The notes beneath the pieces were generated by a model that was not told where the DNA came from, did not search any database, and saw only the letters and a list, made by a program, of their open reading frames with translations. Both the position numbers and the translations under genes were made by a program. Of a DNA stretch of 64,000 nucleotides, positions 1-7,916 are shown piece by piece; within the stretch, counting starts at the first letter, position 1, and each line of letters begins with the position of its first letter. The stretch is from an uncultured Spirochaetota bacterium (GTDB lineage Bacteria; Spirochaetota; Spirochaetia; SZUA-6; Fen-1364), in NCBI GenBank assembly GCA_963734545.1, contig CAVTHO010000005.1, forward strand, positions 32,001-96,000, given 5' to 3'.

Positions 1-411
1 ACATTGCGCGCTATCCGCGGCTTCTCGTGCAGTACCTGCCGGGGCTCTTCACTCGGGTTTGTCATCATCCTCGTGTTCAAGATGCGGAAGAGTCCCTTTG
101 ACCTGTCGGTGTCGCACCATGCCCACCAGGAGATCGTGCGCGGCATCACCACCGAGTTCTCGGGCCGCACCCTGGCCCTGATCGAGATCGCGCACTGGTA
201 CGAGACGATCGTCGTGCTCGGCATGGTGGCGCTGTTCTTCGCCTCCATACCCTGGCTGGCCGCCGTGGTCACCGCGGCGGTGTTCTTTGCCATGATCCTC
301 GTGGACAACGTGTTTGCGCGGGTGAAGTGGCAGCTTGCACTGGCGAGCGGGTGGATCGTTGCCGCCACCCTCGGGGTGGGCAACATCCTGGTCGTGTACT
401 TCCTGAGATAG
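1..411 (+). CDS. echB: Ech hydrogenase membrane subunit B (NuoH/complex I subunit 1 family), 5'-truncated by the window edge; probable 1-nt insertion near 51
   Basis: Contains KMRKSPFDLSVSHHAHQEIVRGITTEFSG and DNVFARVKW motifs with hydrophobic helices; sits immediately upstream of echC-D-E-F. Confidence 0.85.
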   Translation, partial: TLRAIRGFSCSTCRGSSLGFVIILVFKMRKSPFDLSVSHHAHQEIVRGITTEFSGRTLALIEIAHWYETIVVLGMVALFFASIPWLAAVVTAAVFFAMILVDNVFARVKWQLALASGWIVAATLGVGNILVVYFLR

Positions 412-416
412 AGGAG

Positions 417-1364
417 ATGGCGGGAATGCACGCGTTCAGGAGATCACCCTGGGTCCTCCACTACGACGCCTCCAGCTGCAATGGCTGCGACATCGAGGTG
501 GTGGCCAGCCTGACACCGATGTACGACGTGGAGCGGCTCGGCGTGGTCAATACCGGCAACCCCAAGCACGCCGACATCTTTCTCGTCACCGGCTCGGTGA
601 ACGCGCAGAACCTCAAGGTGCTGCGCACCCTCTACGAGCAGATGCCCGAGCCGCGCGTGGTCGTGGCAGTGGGAATCTGCGCAACCTCGGGCTGCGTGTT
701 CCGCGAGTGCTACAACGTGATGGGCGGAGTGGACACCGTGCTGCCCGTGGACCTGTACGTGCCCGGCTGCGCCGCGCGCCCGGAGTCGATCATCGACGGG
801 GTGATCCAGGCGGTGGAGCTGCTGGAGAAGAAGCGGCGGTTCATGAAAGTCATGCACGGCCGGATGAAGGCCATCGTCATCGAAAGGGCCACGCCGCTGG
901 ACGCGCCGGAGATTCTTGCCCTTCAGAAGATCGTCTACCAGAACGAGGCGGAGATGTACGAGGACTGGAGCCTCACGCCGCTCAAGCAGACCCTGGCGGA
1001 GATGCGGGTGGATTTCGAGTCCAAGGTGTTCATCAAGGCAGTCGTGGGAGGCAAGATCGTCGGCTCGGTGCGCGGCTACATGGTGGACGCCGCAGGAAAT
1101 GCGCAAGCGGGCGCCGGGGGCACCGCGCACATCACGCGCCTCATCGTGCTTCCCTACTTCTGGCAGCGCGGGATCGGCACGAAGCTGGTGCAGGAGATCG
1201 AGGGCTGCTTCCCCCAGGCGCGAAGGTTCGAGACCTTCATGGGCCAGAAAAGCAGGCATACGATGGAGCCCTACCAGAAGCTGGGCTATGTCCCCATCCG
1301 GCAGGAGAAGGTCTCCGAGCAGCGTGACAGGGTGTATTTCGCAAAGGAGAAAACCGGCGAATGA
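417..1364 (+). CDS. echC: Ech hydrogenase small subunit C (NuoB-like) fused to a C-terminal GNAT acetyltransferase domain
   Basis: RBS GAGGAG directly before ATG 417. Fe-S motifs SCNGCDIE, GNPKHAD, VGICA and VPGCAARPE are present. After about residue 150 comes a GNAT fold (IVGSVR...RLIVLPYFWQRGIGTKL...YQKLGY). Confidence 0.88.
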   Translation: MAGMHAFRRSPWVLHYDASSCNGCDIEVVASLTPMYDVERLGVVNTGNPKHADIFLVTGSVNAQNLKVLRTLYEQMPEPRVVVAVGICATSGCVFRECYNVMGGVDTVLPVDLYVPGCAARPESIIDGVIQAVELLEKKRRFMKVMHGRMKAIVIERATPLDAPEILALQKIVYQNEAEMYEDWSLTPLKQTLAEMRVDFESKVFIKAVVGGKIVGSVRGYMVDAAGNAQAGAGGTAHITRLIVLPYFWQRGIGTKLVQEIEGCFPQARRFETFMGQKSRHTMEPYQKLGYVPIRQEKVSEQRDRVYFAKEKTGE

Positions 1365-1759
1365 CGGAAGAAATGCGCAAGCCGGCTCGCAATCCGCCGG
1401 AGCCCCAGATCATCGAGGAGATCCCCATTACGACCCTGCTCGAGAGGGCGCAGCGCATGCGCACCGAGGGATGGCGGCTGGCCCAGGCCTGCTGCACCCG
1501 GCTCGTGGCCGACCAGGAGGTGAACTACAGCTTCGACAGGGACGGCCTGCTGCACACGCTGCGCGTGCGCCTGCCGATGAATGACCCGGTGCTGCCCAGC
1601 ATCTCCCAGTTCTTCTGGGGCGCGTTCCTCTACGAGAACGAGATGCACGACCTCTTCGGCATCACGGTGAACGGGATGGCGGTGGATTTCCACGGGCACT
1701 TCTATACGACCATGATCCCCACCCCCTACGTGACCAGGGAGCCGGACCATGGCGAATAG
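1361..1759 (+). CDS. echD: Ech hydrogenase subunit D (NuoC-like)
   Basis: LPSISQFFWGAFLYENEMHDLFGI motif; ATGA overlap with the echC stop. Confidence 0.88.
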   Translation: MTEEMRKPARNPPEPQIIEEIPITTLLERAQRMRTEGWRLAQACCTRLVADQEVNYSFDRDGLLHTLRVRLPMNDPVLPSISQFFWGAFLYENEMHDLFGITVNGMAVDFHGHFYTTMIPTPYVTREPDHGE

Positions 1760-2829
1760 AACGGTCATCCCTTTCGGGCCCCAGCACCCGGTGCTGCCCG
1801 AGCCCATCCACCTCGACCTCGTGCTGGAAGACGAAAAGGTGGTGGAGGCCGTCCCGAAGATCGGCTACGTCCATCGCGGATTCGAGAAGCTCGTCGAAAA
1901 GATGGACTTCAATGAGCTGGTCTACGTGGCGGACAGGATCTGCGGGATCTGCGCCTTTATCCACAGCATGGCCTACTGCCAGGGCGTGGAGACCGTGATG
2001 CATGTCGAGGTCCCTCCGCGCGCCACGTACCTGCGCACGCTCTGGTCCGAGCTGGCCCGGCTCTCCAGCCACCTGTTGTGGATGGGGCTGATGGCCGACG
2101 CCTTCGGTTTCGAGAGCCTCTTCATGCAGTGCTTCCGCCTGCGGGAAAAGGTCGTGGACATGCTGGAGGAGATGACCGGCGGGCGTATCATCCTGGGCGT
2201 CTGCAAGGTCGGCGGGGTCCGCCGTGACGTCGACAATGAGACGCTCAAGGCGATCGTCGGCAGGGTGAACGATCTTGAAAAGAGCATGCGCCGGGTCGCG
2301 GAGGTGTTCCTCCAGGATGACTCGGTGAAGCACCGCCTGGCCGGCGTCGGCGTGCTCACAAAGGAACAGGCATCCGCGCTCGATTGTGTCGGCCCCATGA
2401 TGCGCGCGAGCGGGATTGCCCGGGACACCCGCATGCAGGGATACGCGGCCTATGCCGGCCTGGACTTCGAGCCGGTAGTGGAGACCGAGGGGGACTCCTA
2501 CGCGCGCTGCGCGGTGCGGATCAGGGAGCTTTTCCAGTCGGTGGATCTCATCAACCAGGTTGCCGCCAGGGTCCCGGCCGGGGAAGTGGCGGTGAAAGTG
2601 AGCGGCTATCCCGAACGGGGAATATCACTCCCGCTGCGAGCAGCCGCGCGGGGAGGTGATCCACTACGTCAAAGGGGACGGCACGCGCTACCTGCAGCGC
2701 TACCGGGTGCGCACCCCGACCTTCGCCAACATCCCCGGCCTGGTGAAGATGCTGCAGGGCTGCCAGCTCGCCGACGTGCCGGTCCTGGTGCTCACCATCG
2801 ACCCCTGCATCAGCTGCACGGAGAGGTAG
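1749..2829 (+). CDS. echE: Ech [NiFe]-hydrogenase large subunit E (group 4); 1-nt insertion near 2610 in this assembly
   Basis: N-terminal GPQHP, GYVHRG and RICGIC motifs. After removing one C near 2610 the frame reads EQPRGEVIHYVKG...RTPTFAN...DPCISCTER* (stop 2827-2829). There is no C-terminal cleavage extension, which is typical of Ech. Confidence 0.9.
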
Positions 2830-2831
2830 GG

Positions 2832-3320
2832 ATGTCTGTTTTTATCATGACGCGTACCGTGCTCAGGAACCTCTTCTCCCGACCCGCCACCCGGCTGTAC
2901 CCATGGCCAGGGAAGGCCAAGGGGCGCGGGGCCATGGATGGCGGAAACGCCCCATGGCCAGGGAAGGCCGAGGGGCGCGGAGCCATGGATGGCGGAAGCG
3001 CCCCAGTCCGGGAGAAGGAGGCGCACCGGTCCGCGCGGAGCCGCGGCCACATCGAAATAGACATCAATGTCTGCATCTTCTGCGGCGCCTGCGCGAAACG
3101 CTGTCCCACCGACGCGATCATCGTCACCAAGCCGCAGAAGGAATGGAACATCGACCGGCTGCGCTGCTGCGCGTGCAATGCGTGCGTCGAGGTCTGCCCG
3201 GTGAAATGCCTGTCGATGGACAGCCGCTACACCGCCCCCACCGTGACCAGGGACAAGGACATTTTCCGGCAGCCGCCGAAATCGGCCCAGGAGCCGGTAC
3301 CTGCGGACAAGGCCCCCTAG
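2832..3320 (+). CDS. echF: Ech hydrogenase subunit F (2x[4Fe-4S], NuoI-like) carrying a 34-aa repeat insertion
   Basis: NLFSRPATRLYP start, then CIFCGACAKRCP and CCACNACVEVCP ferredoxin motifs. Confidence 0.88.
   Translation: MSVFIMTRTVLRNLFSRPATRLYPWPGKAKGRGAMDGGNAPWPGKAEGRGAMDGGSAPVREKEAHRSARSRGHIEIDINVCIFCGACAKRCPTDAIIVTKPQKEWNIDRLRCCACNACVEVCPVKCLSMDSRYTAPTVTRDKDIFRQPPKSAQEPVPADKAP
2901..3005. repeat. Tandem 2 x 51-bp palindromic repeat inside echF
   Basis: Units 2901-2951 and 2952-3002 differ at only 3 positions. Each contains GGCC-AGGGAA-GGCC and GGGGCG..GCCATGGATGGC..CGCCCC hairpins. Confidence 0.9.
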
Positions 3321-4990
3321 GGTTTCCCGCCGGCCATGGCGATCCTGGCCTTGTACTCCGGCGAGCCCTTCACGAAGTACTTGCTGCTCCAGCGATTGTC
3401 CGAGGTGAGCCGGAAAGCCTCGAGGTTGCCCGACTTTCGTCGATCGTACTGCATGCGCGCCCTGTAGTGCTCGAACAATCGGAGAAACTCCGCGAAATAG
3501 ATGGCCGCCAGCCGGGGGCATTCGGTGATCTCCAGCAGGTTCTCGTCGTTGTTGTGCAGGGAATTGCCGCTGAAATTGGCCGACCCGGTGAAGACGACCG
3601 GCCGATCCCCTTCCGCGTCGATCACGACGAACTTGTGATGCACCCGGACCATGATCCGGGGGTTCTCTCCCGGCCACAGCACGCGCTCGGGAGCGAATCC
3701 CGTCGGGGTATCACCCGCGTCGAAGGCCCTGTAGCCGGCCACGTCGTGTTCCTTTGCGGACCGGTTCATGATGTCTATCTTTGCCGCCACGTCGGCACGG
3801 CCGGGGTCCCCGCTGGGCGCGGTCTCCGAGACCCGGTTCACGAGAGCGAGCATCATCTTTCCGTCATCACCGGCGCCGAAGACAGCGTCCAGAAGGGGCT
3901 TGTCGGTGGGGTCATACGCGCACAGAAGAACCGAGTGAGCGGCCTTTTTCACCGCATCCACGATGGTCTGGAGAGAGTCGCGGCTCGCCTGACCTTCAGG
4001 AGGAAAGAAGACCCTGACCTTTGCGTCGCCGACGCTGATTCCGCTCGACCAGCCCTTCTGCCTCTTGCGGGTCTCCGCAAGGCTCGGGTCTCCGTCGAGC
4101 AGGGCCTTCCTGTCCAGGTAGAGCCGGGCGAGCTCAGGAGATTCGAATGCATGAATCACGTTCGCCTGCGCGGACAGGCCTTCGCTGGTGAAGTTGGCCG
4201 AGCCGGTCAGGACAGCTTCGGCCTTGTTCGTCGCGCCGACGCGAACCAGGAACTTGTCGTGCATGATGTTGGCGTGCGTGCGGGCGATGAAACCCGTCTT
4301 CGGCTTTCCCGCGGTAATGAGCTCGCTGATCGCGGCGTCCGATGTATGGTCGCCCGCAGTCTGGTTGTATGCCAGCGCCAGGTCACCCCCGTACTGCTCG
4401 AAGCCGGGAACGATCCAGGTCTCGTCGGTCAGGTGGTAGATTGCGCCCTGGACAGGCTTGCCGGACGCGCGACCCAGGAAATCAGGCACAGCCAACTCCA
4501 TGCCGTTGGCCAGCCATGCGCGTGCCGCCTTCTGATGTGCCGCGGTCGAAAGGTCGGAAAACTGTTTTCCAAAGGCCTGCGAGCTGACAACCGCGCGATT
4601 GAAATGCGTGGTGATCCCCTGCTCTTCCACTTGAGGAATTCGTACGTCGATGGTTGCGGATTCGGCCTCCAGGAGCCTGGGTGATGCGGCAGGACCGATC
4701 ACGGGTGTCACATGGTAGGAGAATGACGTTCCGCGGTCCTTTGTGTCGATTCTTGCGTCCCACCAGTAGAACTTCTGTATCGGGGCTTCATTGCTCGGGA
4801 AATCGCTCTGATCCGGTTTGGGGCCGTTGAATCCAATGCGGTTGGGCAGCCAGCTTCGAGAAGCGCCAAAGAACCCGGGCGCGCGCAGGATCGCGAATCC
4901 CAGGAAGTCCGGCCTGCTGTCGCCTTCCGGCCAGTCGAAGGCAAGCAAAACAAGGGTCGGGGACTGGTACGATTTTACGATCACCGGCAT
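3317..4990 (-). CDS. Phospholipase D superfamily protein with two HKD-type domains and no signal peptide
   Basis: HDKFLVRV...TGSANF and HHKFVVID...TGSANFS...NNDENLL motifs. Confidence 0.85.
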   Translation of the reverse strand: MPVIVKSYQSPTLVLLAFDWPEGDSRPDFLGFAILRAPGFFGASRSWLPNRIGFNGPKPDQSDFPSNEAPIQKFYWWDARIDTKDRGTSFSYHVTPVIGPAASPRLLEAESATIDVRIPQVEEQGITTHFNRAVVSSQAFGKQFSDLSTAAHQKAARAWLANGMELAVPDFLGRASGKPVQGAIYHLTDETWIVPGFEQYGGDLALAYNQTAGDHTSDAAISELITAGKPKTGFIARTHANIMHDKFLVRVGATNKAEAVLTGSANFTSEGLSAQANVIHAFESPELARLYLDRKALLDGDPSLAETRKRQKGWSSGISVGDAKVRVFFPPEGQASRDSLQTIVDAVKKAAHSVLLCAYDPTDKPLLDAVFGAGDDGKMMLALVNRVSETAPSGDPGRADVAAKIDIMNRSAKEHDVAGYRAFDAGDTPTGFAPERVLWPGENPRIMVRVHHKFVVIDAEGDRPVVFTGSANFSGNSLHNNDENLLEITECPRLAAIYFAEFLRLFEHYRARMQYDRRKSGNLEAFRLTSDNRWSSKYFVKGSPEYKARIAMAGGKP

Positions 4991-5077
4991 CTCGACTTTC
5001 CGTCCTTTGATATCAATTTATTCAACCGCGCGGCCTCGGGGCAACTCTTCGCATTCCGTGGTATACTTCTGGCACTC

Positions 5078-6007
5078 ATGATCGAAGATACGCTCAGAGC
5101 CTGGGCCGCGCGGAAGGGCTACGACGTCGCGTGGGGGCCGGGCACGCATCTGCGTGACGTGCGGGCGGAAATATCCGGCCGCGGCGCGCGGGGAGACCTT
5201 GCGCCGGATTTTGTCGAGAAGTGGCTGGGCTGGATCAGAGAACCCGTCGCGGCTGCCCCGGTCCCCGAAACCGTTATTGCCGTGGCCGTCCCCTGCCCTG
5301 CCTGCAGCATACGATTCACGCACCGGGATCGCGTGCTCACTGCAACGGTCCCTCCGACCTACGTAGAGGACGCGCGTGACAACGAGAGGATCCGGCAGGA
5401 GCTCCTGGAGCTTCTGCCGGAGCTGAACGGAGACCTGGTGCTCGTGGGGCCTGCCCGCAAGGCGCTTGCGGTACGCCTGGGACTGACCGCCTACGGCCTG
5501 AACAACATCACCTACTCGCCGAACCTGGGAAGCAGCATTCTGATCGTCGCCCTGGCCACCTCGGCCAGGCTTGCGTCATTGCCCGGGCCGCAGGCGCACC
5601 GGTCCGAGGTGCTCAGTGAATGCGAATCCTGCGGCCTTTGCCGGGATGCCTGTCCCACCGGCGCCATCCCCCGGGACCGGTTCCTCCTCAGGGCGGAGGG
5701 CTGCCTGACCTGCTGGAACGAGCTGCCCGGTCCTCTGCCGGCCTGGCTCCCTGCCGATGCGCACAACTGCCTCATCGGCTGCATGACGTGCCAGGAGGTC
5801 TGCCCGTGCAACGAAGGACTGCTGAAGACGAAGGACAGCGGAGTCGTCTTCGACGAGAGAGAGACCGCCGCGCTTCTGGCCGGCGCGGAGGCGGCGGCGC
5901 CTGCGCTGCATGCCTCGATCCAGACGAAGCTCGAGAGCATCGGATTGGCGGGAATCAGGAATGTGCTAGGAAGGAACCTTGCGCTGCTGATGGCCGCGGG
6001 AAAATAG
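5078..6007 (+). CDS. QueG/epoxyqueuosine reductase-like 4Fe-4S double-cluster protein
   Basis: KALAVRLGLTAYGLNNITY, CESCGLCRDACPTGAI, CLT and GCMTCQEVCP motifs. Confidence 0.75.
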   Translation: MIEDTLRAWAARKGYDVAWGPGTHLRDVRAEISGRGARGDLAPDFVEKWLGWIREPVAAAPVPETVIAVAVPCPACSIRFTHRDRVLTATVPPTYVEDARDNERIRQELLELLPELNGDLVLVGPARKALAVRLGLTAYGLNNITYSPNLGSSILIVALATSARLASLPGPQAHRSEVLSECESCGLCRDACPTGAIPRDRFLLRAEGCLTCWNELPGPLPAWLPADAHNCLIGCMTCQEVCPCNEGLLKTKDSGVVFDERETAALLAGAEAAAPALHASIQTKLESIGLAGIRNVLGRNLALLMAAGK

Positions 6008-6034
6008 AGGGCGGGGACGCTCGTCCCCGCCCTC
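6007..6034. terminator. Perfect inverted repeat with 13-bp arms between convergent genes
   Basis: GAGGGCGGGGACG-CT-CGTCCCCGCCCTC. Confidence 0.65.
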
Positions 6035-6050
6035 AGCGCGCATCCGCTTT

Positions 6051-7916
6051 CTAGTAGTTGGGCAATACCGGGGTGAACTCCTGGATAAGGGCATTCGTGT
6101 AATCAGAAACCACGATGTTGCCTGCCGCATTGATCGCAATGTCGATAGGCCACCCGAAGGTACCGCCGCCGACTCCGGCGCCCCCGAATTGGAGGATATA
6201 GTTGCCGGACGAATCAAATTTCTGGATCCGACGGTTCATCATATCGCACACGAATACATAGCCGTCCGCATCCACCGCGATGCCGATCGGGAAACTGAAC
6301 TGGCCATCGCCGGTGCCGAATGAGCCCCATTTCAGGAGAAAATGCCCCTGGGAGTCGAACTTCTGGACCCGGTTCAATTCCGCATCAGTGACGTAGCAGT
6401 TCCCGTCCTTGTCTACCGCGATGCCGTATGCCGACGATGTAAACTGGCCGTTGCCGGTGCCGGACACCCCCCCTCCCCACGATGTGGCAAAGTAAGGTCC
6501 CGGATGCAGAACCTGCACCAGGTAGTTGTTGATGTCCAGGACATACATGTCACCCGACTTGCCGATCGCAATACCTCTTGGTCCGGAGAACGCGGGGGAT
6601 CCGGGGTTGGTGACCGTATCGTGCCAGGCCCCTGTTGCCGTGTCGAACACCTGAATTTCGTTTCCATTCCCGTCAGGAATGTACACGTGCCCGGTCGTGT
6701 CCGTTGCGATGGTAGTGACGTCCAGCTCGAATTGCTGGTTGGCGGGAAGCGTAGAGGAGACAATTTGCAGAAGGTAATTACCGGAAGGATCGAACTTGGT
6801 GACCCTCTGATTGATGAAATCCGCTATGAGGCTGTTGCCGCTGGAGTCAAAGGCAATGCCCACGGGGAGAGCCGTGATGCCGGGTGCAGAACCGGCCCCG
6901 CCGCCCCAGGATGCGTTCCACGCCGGCGCCGTGGTCGAATTGAGGGGAGGGTCGTACTTTTGAATCCTTCCGTTGAAGCTGTTCCCATCCGAAACGTAAG
7001 AACGACCGGCGCTGTCGATGGCGACGCTGTTGGGCGAAGTGAATTGCTGGTCCGCGGTTCCTGATGATCCCCACTGAGTCAGGTAGGCGCCGGCGGTGGT
7101 AAACTTCTGAATCCGGCTGTTGCCTGTATCCGCAACGTAGACGTACTGGGTGCTGCCGGAATCGATCGCGACGCCGTACGGGGAGCCGAACTGCCCGTTC
7201 CCTGTTCCCGATGTCCCCCACTTGTACAGAAATACGCCGGTCGAGTCGAACACCTGCACCCTGTAATTGTACGTGTCCACGACATAGACGTTGCCGGACC
7301 GGTCCAGCGCAACCTGACGAGGGCTGCTGAACGCCCCGTCGCCTGACCCGGAGGTCCCAAAGGTTCCAATGTAGGTGCCCGAGGTATCGAACCGGACCAC
7401 GCGATTGTTGCCCGTGTCCACGACATAGACCCCGTTGTTGTTGACCGCGATTCCGACGCAGTAATTCAGCGCGAGTCCGTTGTACAGGGTGGCATCACCC
7501 CACTGGGTAACCAGACTTCCTGACACGTTGTACTTCTGGACCTGGTTTGCGCTGTTGATGATGTACATGTTCCCGGGGCCGTCGAAAGCCATGTCATACA
7601 CCGCGCCGAATCCGACCGAAGAGGTGAATCCGTAGGTCTTCAGAATGACGCCGGTGTTGTCGAACTTGCGGATCCTGAAGCTCGAATCAGCCACATAGAC
7701 CTTGCCCGCCGTGTCGACCTTCACGACCGGGTTCAGGAAGTTCCACTCGGGGTGCGGGTTGCCCCACTGCCTCACGAACTTGTACGTGGTGTCCGCGAGC
7801 CTCGACTTTGCGATCTCCTGCTTGATCCGTCCCAGGAAGGGGCTCGGGCACCCCGCCAGACCGACGAGGGCGACCGCGACGATTCCTACAAATGCGATTC
7901 TTCTCAGTCCTGCCAT
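6051..7916 (-). CDS. NHL-repeat beta-propeller lipoprotein (about 12 blades)
   Basis: Lipobox LVGLAG-C; repeated F.SP.GVAID..G.VYV.D..N.RIQKF units. Confidence 0.88.
   Translation of the reverse strand: MAGLRRIAFVGIVAVALVGLAGCPSPFLGRIKQEIAKSRLADTTYKFVRQWGNPHPEWNFLNPVVKVDTAGKVYVADSSFRIRKFDNTGVILKTYGFTSSVGFGAVYDMAFDGPGNMYIINSANQVQKYNVSGSLVTQWGDATLYNGLALNYCVGIAVNNNGVYVVDTGNNRVVRFDTSGTYIGTFGTSGSGDGAFSSPRQVALDRSGNVYVVDTYNYRVQVFDSTGVFLYKWGTSGTGNGQFGSPYGVAIDSGSTQYVYVADTGNSRIQKFTTAGAYLTQWGSSGTADQQFTSPNSVAIDSAGRSYVSDGNSFNGRIQKYDPPLNSTTAPAWNASWGGGAGSAPGITALPVGIAFDSSGNSLIADFINQRVTKFDPSGNYLLQIVSSTLPANQQFELDVTTIATDTTGHVYIPDGNGNEIQVFDTATGAWHDTVTNPGSPAFSGPRGIAIGKSGDMYVLDINNYLVQVLHPGPYFATSWGGGVSGTGNGQFTSSAYGIAVDKDGNCYVTDAELNRVQKFDSQGHFLLKWGSFGTGDGQFSFPIGIAVDADGYVFVCDMMNRRIQKFDSSGNYILQFGGAGVGGGTFGWPIDIAINAAGNIVVSDYTNALIQEFTPVLPNY

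Noticed and set aside
1096-1386. GAAATGCGCAAGC repeated at 1096 and 1370
   Set aside because: Only 13 bp exact, two copies and no structure; it cannot be told apart from chance
2800-2829. Possible selenocysteine ([NiFeSe]) large subunit
   Set aside because: The C-terminal motif is encoded with TGC codons (DPCISC), with no in-frame TGA
1749-3320. 523-aa ORF that looks like an EchE-EchF fusion
   Set aside because: It is caused by one extra base near 2610. The true EchE end (DPCISCTER*) is in another frame, and echF has its own ATG at 2832.
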